From Isurus oxyrinchus (Eukaryota): 64,000 nucleotides of DNA. The notes under the pieces were generated by a model. The model worked only from the letters and a program-made list of their open reading frames with translations. It was not told the origin of the DNA and did no database searches. The stretch lies in the NCBI GenBank assembly GCA_026770705.1, contig JANJGN010000021.1, positions 90,272,001 through 90,336,000 of the forward strand, given 5' to 3'. Made by a program: the position numbers and the translations under genes. Below are positions 12,795-23,560 of the stretch, piece after piece. Positions within the stretch are counted from its first letter, which is position 1; every line of letters starts with the position of its first letter.

Positions 12795-12833
12795 AATTCT
12801 GTAGAAGGGTCATGAGGACTCGAAACGTCAACT
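12795..12833 (+). ncRNA. Minimal type-I hammerhead-ribozyme-like motif in the Penelope-like terminus
   Basis: AATT-CTGTAGA-A-GGGTC-atgag-GACTC-GAA-ACGT-C-AACT, with palindromic ACGT stem III. Confidence 0.55.
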
Positions 12834-14679
12834 CTTTTCTTCTCCACCGATGCTGCCAGACCTGCTGAGTTTTTCCAGGTAATTCTGTTTTTGTTTTTGT
12901 TTTACAATTCCTGAACATTTTGTTTTTGTCCTGAAAAGGGCAGGTCCCTGAGTCTGAACACATTAACTTATACCAAGCTGACGGGAGCCTTATTGCGAGC
13001 CAGACTGGTCATTAAAATTGATTGTTTTTGTAATTCGTGGCACATGCATGTTTCTTTAGCAGGTGCTGTCCAATTTCAAAAACTCATCTGCCATTAGGCA
13101 CTATGCTCTATATTTTGCATGCCATTGCTGGTTGTGTATCGTATGTAGACTGATTTTTGGAAACAGCCTAAGGGAAGTGCTGTTTGGCGCCCGCAATTAG
13201 ATGTTGGACATACGACATATGTACTCGACATTGCAGCGACATTGAAATGCATACACAACATTGCTGATTTGTGTGATTGGTGAACCAGCTTTTTGGCTTG
13301 CCAGCAGCATCCTGTTAATGGAAAATAGGTATTGCTACTGCTTAGCAGCAGCATGAAACGCCCAGCTTCATCTGTTGTTCAACTACTTGAGATAACTTAT
13401 CCTTTAGGGTAACTTGATATATTGTGGGCATCGTTTGGTCCGAAAGTGGTGGCTTTAGGCCCATTCGTGAGAATGCACATCAACCAATGAACTAAAGGAG
13501 ACTACAGTTATCCCACATGGCATTTTTGTTGTACTTGCTCCTGGTGTGAAGTTTGCTGGGTGAGCAAATGGTTTGGCTCTATTTACATGATTGCTGATCG
13601 GATGAATCGTATAGAACTAAGAACTGTAGGCATGCCAATGTGCATGTTAACCAGATTAATCATGATTGCTACGATGACGCATCGCTGAAGGAGACTATTC
13701 GGTTCTTCAGGTCTGCGCTGGTCCTTTGAAAGTGCTATCCAATTCGTTCTAGTCCCTCATTTTTTTTTCCGCTGTAGCACATCAAATTTCGATTCAAAGC
13801 AGTTTTTTTATTGAATCTGCTTCTGTTACTATTCCAAACATCGATTGCAAAGTTAGGATCATTCCCTGGTCTGACATTGGCCCCTGTTTTTGGAGAATAT
13901 GCTTTGCCAAATTTAGGTGAATTAGGTTTCTCTGATATTTATTGCGAAACACCTTTGATAAAAGGAATAATAACGTGACTGAGTTCGAGATGGTTCATTC
14001 AATTTAATTTGTTACATTACTTGGCTTTTTTCCCGTGATAATCAGTCCAAGAAAGTAACGCTTTATTTAATACAAAATTAAGTGTCATGATCAGAGCGTC
14101 TGATTCTCAGGGGGCAGCGGCAGCTAGTTAAACCGAGTTCCACGGGCAAGGTCTTCCAGAAAATGCATTCCTTATTTAGAGGCGTTGTTGTTCTGCTTGC
14201 GACAGTCATGACTGGGTGGATCTACCAAGGACACATCTATCTGAAAACCCCGTAAACAATATGTACACTTTAAGGGTTGCTCAAATTATTTTATTCCTTA
14301 AAAATAAGCACAGTATATTACAATCACCTAATTTATTTTTATATGTTTCCCAACACAGTATTTGCGTTCCTCAGCTTGCCCCACTGATATTTCGAGCTGG
14401 AAGTTTCTGTGTCTTCCCTCAGGCGGCAACTAGCTTCATTTTACCCCCAGAAATCAATGTTACGCTTTCAGTGAAGGTGTGAATAAAATACGCTTAACAA
14501 TCAGATATTTAATCAGCTTTGTTTACTCATCTACCTATCTGCTTACTATCTCAGCCAATGCCTCCCGCCAACACCCTCTCTCACCCAGCCACGTCGCTAG
14601 CTTTACCACTGATTAACAATTAGAATTAGGAGGTGAAATAGAGAAAGCATAAATATAAATGTTCAACTCTTCTTTGCAG

Positions 14680-14715
14680 ATACAAAGGAGTTGGATAAAA
14701 GGCTTCAAGATGCTG
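14680..14715 (+). CDS. Microexon, 36 nt, phase 1-1, (D)TKELDKRLQDA
   Basis: ctcttctttgcAG|...GCTG|GTacgg; shares the LxKRxxD motif of later 36-nt exons. Confidence 0.7.
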
Positions 14716-15035
14716 GTACGGCGATGCAGCATGGCTTTAAATGTATTATAATTGCAGCATTGGAAGCTAATTTGAACTGGGAAAAGACAATCAGAGCATA
14801 TATTCTTCATTGGTCACGTTTGAATGCACATCGGTTAACAAGCTAAATAAATAAAAGATGATTTGAAAGGTGAACTTCAAGTCCTGATTTTACACAATGT
14901 AAATAGATTCTCAGAAAATTCTGGGGAGATGAGGGTGAGGGATCATATATTGGCTTTCATTTTGTTATTTGTGTCATTCCTTAAACATTATGGGAACATA
15001 AACATCCCCATACATTGATGTATATCGCTTTACAG

Positions 15036-15062
15036 AAAAGGAACTGCTTGAAAAATCTTCAG
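15036..15062 (+). CDS. Microexon, 27 nt, phase 1-1, (E)KELLEKSS
   Basis: tcgctttacAG|...TCAG|GTaaca. Confidence 0.65.
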
Positions 15063-17266
15063 GTAACAATCTTTGCTATCCGTTCCTAACACACTGTGAA
15101 CCAAATTTATATTGGTAGAATAAAAATAATTCAATTATCATTGATAATGTTGTTAAGCAAATTCAATCAACATTGTGTGAATGTTGTGCACTAAATTCAG
15201 CATGAATATAATATAAATTTGTTCTCACGGTACAAGTGGTGTTGGGCATCTTTGCAGGAGGGAAATAAAATAATCCAAGGGACATACTCTAAATGCTAGC
15301 TAGTCAGTACGGCGGAATGGATGCCCGCTTGTTCCACATTATAAAAGGGATCCTGGTGCTGAACCAATAATTGACTCTCAGGGCATAATTTTAGGGACCC
15401 CTGCAGGCAGGTTTGAAGGCAGTAGGGAGATTGTTGCCCAGCACTCATCCATTCCCCAATTCAAATGGCTGGAGGGGCGGGTAATGAACAATTGAGAGCT
15501 TTATCCTGTCCAGCCTCACTTTTCAGGCAAATGAGACACATTTGGGAACATGCCGGATACTTAAAAATAGACCCTCTTCAGGTGGTGGGCCGTTACAGTG
15601 GGTTGGGCACCTTCATAAACATGAGAACATGGGGTGCCTAACAGATGATCCGGTCCTTTTATGTTCTTCCTACCAACAACTCCCCCCTTCCTTCCCCGCC
15701 GGCCTTTCCATGAACAACCATACGTCTCTCTGCATAAGCCTTCACCCTCACCTCCCCTCCCGGCTGAAACACCAGTTCATATCTCGTTCTGGACACCAAC
15801 ACTTCTGCTCTGGGGCCTGTTTGTAGCCCTGTGGCCCCATTGTCAGTTCTGCATTACTGGGGCAGCAGAACTCTCTGAGGGGCTTTTCCTCTCGCAATAG
15901 GTTGGAAGCCTTGACTTCGGCAAACTCACTTTTCTCAATATTTTGTGTCACAGGGGTTGGAGGTGTCATCGGAAAAAAAAGTCCTTGTCCTTCGGTGTGG
16001 GTTGTCCTCATCAAGGTGTTGTGAGCGCAGTGCAACTACAATGCTCTAACAGTGGCCAAATTCTAAAGGGTATATTTCTAATGATTTTCAGCGGACAGTG
16101 AGACATCGTGTTTGAAGTGCATAGATATTTGAAAGCTGAATAACATATTGAGAAAGTAATTAACAAAGCAAAGGGAAACTTCTGTATTTTTAAATAGAAT
16201 TATTGTGCGCAAATTTAGGGAAGTAATGCTGAACTGATGCTGCTTCCTTCTTTAGTTCTATACAACATTCTCACTTTATTCACGCTGCTCTGAATAATTC
16301 ACTGCTTGACATTTCGGCCAAAAAATAGTTTTCATTGTTCCAAAATACATGAACAAAACTTCACACAATGATGTATTTTGCTAGTCTATTTTAGGTGCAA
16401 ACTGCCCATTTTGAAAGTGCCAGTTGCACCAGAACTCTACTCAAAGCTCCAAGAAACTGAAGCCTTCCCTTCTGTACATTGCACCAAGCCTTGCATTGAT
16501 CTGCTCCGTTATCTAATTTTTACTCTAGTTAGCTCATGCTGTGAGCAAGAAATTATCTTGCAGGTTATACGTTTTAGCCTCTACCCTAGCTCATTCATAT
16601 GTATATGGATATCGCTATCTGCCTAATTCATCTATCTTGTGCCGAGGTTACCCCATATTATGGGTGACACACTTCCCCTTGTAGAAAATGCTGCACCTAC
16701 TCAGTGATGCAATTTTCCTTGCCACAGTTAAGTAACACAAGCTTCCAGACTCATGAAGGCCATTGCAGACATGCCATTCTTCCACCTTAAGTATAGAATC
16801 GCCTTTTCACAAATGCATTTCTGCTTTTTGCTGTGTTCTTCTGTGCAGTCACTTATCCACTGATGCCCTTGAGGCAACCACACTTCTACAAGGTTTGATC
16901 ACGACCATCGTTGAGTATAGTGTGAGGATAGCAGACAATCTGATGGCTGCAGCAGTTCCTGCTTCTTCCATTATTCCCAACGTTGAAACATTTGGTATTA
17001 TGCAATGTTCTTTTTGATGTATGGTGCCATATTCTCTCGTCCACACTGAGGCATCTTAGTGACTCGAGTTACCACTCAAACTTTTAAATCCTGAGCTAGA
17101 GGACAAACAGCTTTAGACAAATGTGGCCGCACAAGAAACGGAAAATGACCTGAATTTCCAACATGCACTGACTTCAATTGCCTCAAAAATAGTACTTGCT
17201 TTATTTCTTTTTTTGGACTGGTCAGGTTTCTTGGTTGCAATATCAAATTTTGCGATTGACTCGAGA

Positions 17267-17383
17267 TCTTCAGGTGGTGGGCCGTTACAGTGGGTTGGGC
17301 ACCTTCATAAACATGAGAACATGGGGTGCCTAACAGATGATCCGGTCCTTTTATGTTCTTCCTACCAACAACTCCCCCCTTCC
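17267..17383 (+). repeat. Apparently exact direct copy (about 117 bp) of 15575-15691
   Basis: tcttcaggtggtgggccgttacagtgg...actccccccttcc at both sites; identical peptides in the ORF track. Confidence 0.92.
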
Positions 17384-17384
17384 C

Positions 17385-17948
17385 CCATAAAGTGACTCAA
17401 TTGAGGCAAAGGCATAAGGATGGGCCTCCCCTGTCCCATTGTATGCTTGCAGACAATACGGGGGATGTTGAAGGGCTGTGGCATGGCAAATTGGTGATCT
17501 AATGGGATTCCACCAGCTGCAAAGCAATTGGCAACGGGGCAGAAAGTTTAGCTTTGTGCCAATGCATAGCCCCCTAAATATTCCGCCCAGTCCGCCCAAT
17601 AGGCAAATTTAATGCCTATTATTATGTTAGTGTCTCTTACTGTTGCTCAGCTCATGATGCATACATCTAAAGGGCTTAATTGTGCCCCTGCAACCCATGG
17701 CCGTGCGGTCTTTGCAGGTGAAGCGGGGGACAGGTCGTGGGACTGGGCGGAATATTTAGGGGGCTATGCATTGGCACAAAGCTAAACTTTCTGCCCCGTT
17801 GCCAATTGCTTTGCAGCTGGTGGAATCCCATTAGATCACCAATTTGCCATGCCACAGCCCTTCAACATCCCCCGTATTGTCTGCAAGCATACAATGGGAC
17901 AGGGGAGGCCCATCCTTATGCCTTTGCCTCAATTGAGTCACTTTATGG
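17385..17948. repeat. Apparently perfect inverted repeat, arms 17385-17593 and 17740-17948, spacer about 146 bp
   Basis: The ORF track shows the same peptide GLGGIFRGLCIGTK...SIESLYG on opposite strands; arm ends checked by eye. Confidence 0.92.
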
Positions 17949-18529
17949 CCATTTAAACGCTCTTTTGGAGCACTTAATATCGCAGGATTTTTGTTCCCTA
18001 CTGAAAATTCCCAGATGCTTCTGCGGCCAGACAACTGCTGGCCATTTACTTGTCAGGTAGCCAACAGAGGTGGTCTGCTTCCCAGAATGGGATGGAACGC
18101 CCACTCAAGTCAATTAGTATCCACCCGACTTTAAGTTGCAACAGCGCAAGTACTAGGGAATGGGCAGTGTGAACGCATGCCCTACATCTTCGTGTATGTG
18201 TGGTTGGTGGTAATCTGCCACAAATCCAAAACTCCCGCCGTGATTGATTTTTAACCTTCCCCTCCTTAATGCTCACTCAGATTCCCCTTGATTGTTGTAT
18301 TAGCTGAACTAATTCAACTATTATCTCTTCCTCATGAGGCTCTTCGCACAACCACTGAACCACCTATTGTTCTGTAACATCGCATGCTGATTTGTTGTAG
18401 TTTTCTCCGATAATTATTTGTTCTCAATGTGGTATTTCTGAACCGAGCATGCTCCATGCTGTCGCTTTGAATCCTGCTGTCTCTCATAAGCTCTCTCCCT
18501 CTGACTTTTTCATCTTATTTTTTTTTCAG

Positions 18530-18565
18530 AAATAGAAATGCTGAGGAAGCGTGTGAAAGATATAG
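18530..18565 (+). CDS. Microexon, 36 nt, phase 1-1, (E)IEMLRKRVKDI (older paralog of unit exon E)
   Basis: ttatttttttttcAG|...ATAG|GTaaga; nearly identical to 55693-55728. Confidence 0.8.
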
Positions 18566-19419
18566 GTAAGACAAGAAATGACACTAGGAACACTGGAACA
18601 TAAAATCTAAATTTAAATCTTCATTAGTATACTTTTTTTGTGTTTGAATCAACGTAGTAAATGTTATTTCTAAAATTGTAAGGAAATTTCTGACCTTTAT
18701 GCCTCCCTGTTAATATTTCCGTTTTATGAGTCCCCAATCTCTGAGAGAAATGACAGCATTAGGTCCTTTCAAGGAATTCACGATACAGATAATAGAGTCA
18801 TTGACCACACAGGAGGCCCATCGATTATATGCTGGTTATACACGGGGCATTTCAATCAATTCCACTATCCCGATGGACAACAATAGCCCTACAGGTTTAT
18901 TTCCTTCAAGTGTCCATTCATATTCTTGTGTTCAAATCTTTGATTGTTTCCACTTCTCCACCATTCTTAGCAGCGAGTGCCAGGCCATGGCCAATCCCTT
19001 GTAAAACAAAATCGCCCTTCACAAAACTTGGAAGCACTGACAACGTATACAAAACTTGGAATCATTTCGAAATGTGAGAAGATAGTTAGAAATTCAAAAG
19101 GAAATTGGCAAGCTGATGGTTTGGGCGGACAGGTGACAGGCAAAGTTCAATGTAGGAAAGTGTAAAGTGATTCATTTTGTTGGGAAGGGAATGGAGAGAC
19201 AATAAAAACAAAGTGTGTAACACTAAAGGGGAAGGGGAAGAGGAACGTGTCTCATCTTCAGCCTCTCACAGATCATCATACTCCTCCAAAAATGCTGTGG
19301 CCAGAATTTGAAGCAGTGCTGCAGTTGGGTATTAACCTCAGTTGTTAATATTTAAGCATAACTTTGCCCAATTTGTACTCAATGGAAGAAGCCAAAGATT
19401 GCTTATGCTTTGATATAAC

Positions 19420-21160
19420 CAAAATATAGTGGACGCTGGAAATCGGAAACAAAAACTGAATATGCTGGAAAAACTCAGCAGGCATGCCAGGAGCTTTGGA
19501 GAGAGAAATAGAGTTGCCCTTTCGCGTTGGTATGAGCCTGCTTCAGAGCTACCATAGATACCAAATTTGTGGAATTTAGAAGGATTTTCTTTTGTTACAG
19601 TATAGTGAAACCATACCAATTAATGATAAAGATAAACTGAGTCCAGTATGTGGCAAATAAACCTAATCAAAATAGAGGATATGGAATATGGTATTACATA
19701 ACATAACTCAATGTTGAGTCCAGAAGCTGACAACGTGCATTGATCGAAATATGAGGTGTGTTGAGTTTCACTACAGCACTGCAGCAGAACAAAGGAAGAA
19801 ATATGCGCATGAGAGCAACGTGGTGAACTGAAATACCAAGCTGTCAAAAGTTCAGGGTGATACCTGCAGGCTGAGCGGGGCTGCTCCTCAAAGTGGTCGT
19901 CCAATCTGCCTTTGTCTTTGCAAAGTAGATGACACAACATTGTGATGAAAGGATAACTTATACAAATTGAACTAAGTGCAAACAAATCGATGCTTCACCT
20001 GCAATGAGTTTTTGGCGCCTTGGATTTCCAGAAGAGACCTTGTAAAAAGGCACGCTGCCTGTGATTGCCTGGGAAGTTGCCGCGACACGTGTACACAGCC
20101 TTGGAGGTGATAAGTGATCTCATTGCTTCCTTTCAGTCCGAAAACAGTGATAGCTTCCCATACCATCTCACTTCCACTAAACCATTCTCCACATTCAAAG
20201 CTTTAACATATGCCACTTCCACCAATTGCAGGATGATGGCAACACAAAATTAAATTTCCCCTCCCCATTCTTGTCAGCATTCTGAAGGGATTGTTTTCTC
20301 ACAGACATACTACGCCAATTCTCAATTGCTGCCAACAGCTTCTAATTTATCTTCCAATGCAATGTCATGGGTACAAGAAAAGCTCTTTCTCCTCCAGTAT
20401 CCTCACTGTACTACTCCCAAAACATTGCTTCCAGTTGAAATGGCAATGTGCTTATTCGTGTTTTAAGTTAGTACCCTATATTCGTCCTTACAAAGTGTTC
20501 TCCTCTACAGTGCTTTGTGTAATGTCTCCTCTCAACCTACAGCATGACTCCAAGCCTCCGGTTCCTTGCCATTTTAATTCAGTAACTTTCCTCACAATCA
20601 CACTAACGTCCTGGGCTTTTGCAGTGTCCCAGTGAATCTCAACATAAGCTCCAGAATCAGGCCTCTTCTTCCCGTAATGCCCAATTCGACGCCTCATTTA
20701 GACAAACAATTTCAGGGCAAAAACTCTGGCTTCTAATTTGATTTTCGTTCTGTCATATGCTGGTCTGAATCTTCTTTATTGTTATTTTTTTCACTTTTGG
20801 AAAGAAACGTCCATTATCCTGGCATTCACATTCACACTGGACACATTCTTTGCTTCTTAACTGAAATCATTACTATTGCCTTTATGTTTTATTCAATGGC
20901 ATTTTTCAGTATTTAATCTTGCGACAGCTCACCGCTATTCTAGATGTTCCCAATTTTTCCTCCTTTCCCATTCTCCTTTGAACAGCATCAAACACATCAC
21001 ATTTCCATGTTGCTTCTGTTTTGGGAAAGAGTTACATGAGATTCGGGGAGTTAACTCCATTTCAATCTCCACAGATGATAACAGACCCTCTTAGGGATTT
21101 CCAATACTCATTGTTTTAATTTCAAATTTCCAGCATCCACAGCATTTACCTTATATTACA
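19420..21160. mobile_element. Old decayed Penelope-like element with inverted arrangement
   Basis: Termini resemble 11515-12903 (gctggaaatcggaaac...aaaactcagcagg and its reverse complement near 21120-21140); minus-strand GIY-YIG remnant GRLDDHFEEQPRS...GLNIEL. Confidence 0.65.
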
Positions 21161-21299
21161 GCAACTCCATCTATACTACTGCACAATGAGTTGGGTTGCT
21201 TAGCAATGTAAATATAAAACATATGCTGGCAAAAAAGTGATCGTGAAAAAATTATCTCAATGTTAAATCTGAAAGAGACGTTCTCTAATTCAAAAAGAA

Positions 21300-23560
21300 T
21301 TTCAAACTGAGCAAGGTCACTAGATAACTATGAGGGGAGAGCCGGCTATGTTTGTTTTGGTAAAAACACTAAAAAGTATAGTGATGAATAAACAGAAATA
21401 AACTGTTAAACAAACATTTGTAAAGTATTCAACAAATTCCCTTCCATTTAAGAAAAAAATAATCACAGCAAGAACCAACGATATGCGATGTAATGAGGTA
21501 TTAAGACCAGTAATAGCCTTCAAAAAAAATGTGGTAACGTTGATGATTGAGAAGTCTAAAAAAAACAGCTAGGTACTCCAGAATTCAGTTCCAACGTGGG
21601 AAAATGGAATGTGAATGCGCACTCTGCAGAAGTGTGAATACATATTTTAAGTTATTTTATGAGGTAAAAAAAGTCCTTTAAAAATCGCTGGTTCTCTAGA
21701 GGTTGATAGTGGATAAATTAAAAAGTGGTATGACGAAACGGCTGAATACAGAAAAAGAATGAAGTATTTCCATTTATAATGGACAACACATGTTACATAC
21801 CATAAATAGTGTGTCCTAATAAGACCAAAGAAATTAAAGCAATTAATATCAGCTCAGACAAAAACACTTACGAATACTAAGTGAACAGAAATCTGATAAA
21901 TTCTCAGGATTTGATAGCCTTCACAACACAGTTGTGAAAGAGAAAACAATAGAGGCTCTGTACGTGTTGTTTGAAAATTTCCAATATCCTCCTTATTCTA
22001 GAGCTGTCGTGTCAGTTTTGAAATTAACAGAAATAGCACTACTTTTTAAGAATTTGGAAACAGGGAGTACACTGGACTGAAGGACACCTCTGAAGTCTAG
22101 GGGGACATTTGATATCCAGAAGTAAGTCGTAATTGTGCACTTATATAATCATCCTACGACAACATATAATAAGCATAGTTTTACAAAAAGGGAACACCTG
22201 CTTGTCATATTTTATAGTTTTTTTATTCGTATGCAACTTGTTCAAGTACATTACAGTGAATGCAGTATACTTGCATTTCCAAAAGAAAAATAAAAGCGTA
22301 GCCACAGAAAAGATTAATGTGAATGATACGACTTCATAGGCATGTCGGTATCATATTAGCACAGGAAAACTATTGAGTAACCGATAGGAAGCAAAGAATG
22401 TGGACAAAGGGGCAACTTCACATTGGCAGGCTCTGGCTTAGTATATCCATTAGTATCAGGAGTGGGACCTTTATTATTTTACAACTGATGCAATTACCTA
22501 GACGAAGATATAGAGTATGTATTTTTTAATTCTCTAGTGAAACAAAACTGCTGTTGATAATACAAGTCAGCAAGTTGACAGATGTGGCATAACGTGGGGA
22601 AGTGCGAATTTATTCACTTTGGTATCACTGATTGAAAGAATAAACGTGAAACTTGTAATAGTTGATGTTGAAAGATAAATGCTGTTCTCGTACAGAATCA
22701 CGTTTGCGTTAGGTTCAGCGAGCAATTAGGAAGGCCAATGACATGTTGGAATGTGTTGCAAGAGATCGGCAGAGGCAGAGAGTAAACTATTTAAATTTCT
22801 GTTGAAAGAGAAATGCTTTTGGTACATCAACGAGATGGCAAGATGACAGGTGAGGTATATTGTGAAGAAATGCGAATGTATTCACTTTGGTATCAATAAC
22901 TGAAAGAAAAGTAAACATGAGACTTGTAATTGTAGATATCCAAAGAGGATTCGTGTGCTCGTACAGAAACACGTTTGCACCATTGCAGTGAGCAATTATG
23001 AAGGACAGTGACATGTTGGCATTTGTTGCCAGACATTGAATTTCAAAGATAACAGTGTTGCAACATTTGCACAGGCCTTGAAGACACGGCAGCTGGAGCA
23101 CATTGCATAGTTCCGTCTTGATATTTAAGCAGATGCATACTTCCATTGGACGCGGTGCACTATTTTTTTCTTGAATGATCGTATTGTGCACTGATTAGAT
23201 ACTGCCTACTTTGGGCCCATGAGTTCTAGAGTTCAGAAGAATTGGGAGGGCACAGTCAAAGGATAAGAAGATCTTGATATATGACTATCATGGGGGGGGG
23301 GGGGGGGGGGCGGGGGGAACAATTCCATCACTCAAAGTTTTGTGCAACTTTGGAATTCTCTGTCCAAGAGGTTTGTGGATGAGCGATTGTTTGATATATT
23401 TATGGCCAAGAAAGAGAGGTTTTGATGTTTCATGGAATCAGGCGTTATGGTGAGAGGCGGAGAAAGTGGGGTTATGGCCCAACGTTGGGTACGATGCTTT
23501 TATATAATCGGAAAGGTTTTGCTTTTCGCATCATTAATGCTTGTCCCTATTTCGTATGTT
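21300..23560 (+). mobile_element. Highly decayed CR1 LINE ORF2/3' region with an old internal duplication of about 270 bp
   Basis: Similarity to 7000-8900 (ttattcactttggta, ttggaattctctgtccaagagg); 22575-22770 resembles 22845-23040. Confidence 0.6.

Larger units (their letters stand above)
11515..12903 (+). mobile_element. Young 5'-truncated Penelope-like element with long inverted termini and GIY-YIG endonuclease remnant
   Basis: 14-bp target-site duplication ACAATTCCTGAACA (11501-11514 and 12904-12917). Inverted arms at about 11560-12067 and 12421-12903. Central plus-strand peptide FTCISPNLVYCIRCS*CGLLYTWETKRKLGDRFAEHL...GLNIEFN. Confidence 0.9.

Noticed and set aside
13896-14054. Further weak microexon candidates (13896-13916, 14046-14054; also 5589-5605, 9762-9771, 34632-34646)
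   Set aside because: Weak splice sites, non-3n length or in-frame stops; they cannot be told from chance AG..GT pairs without transcript data.
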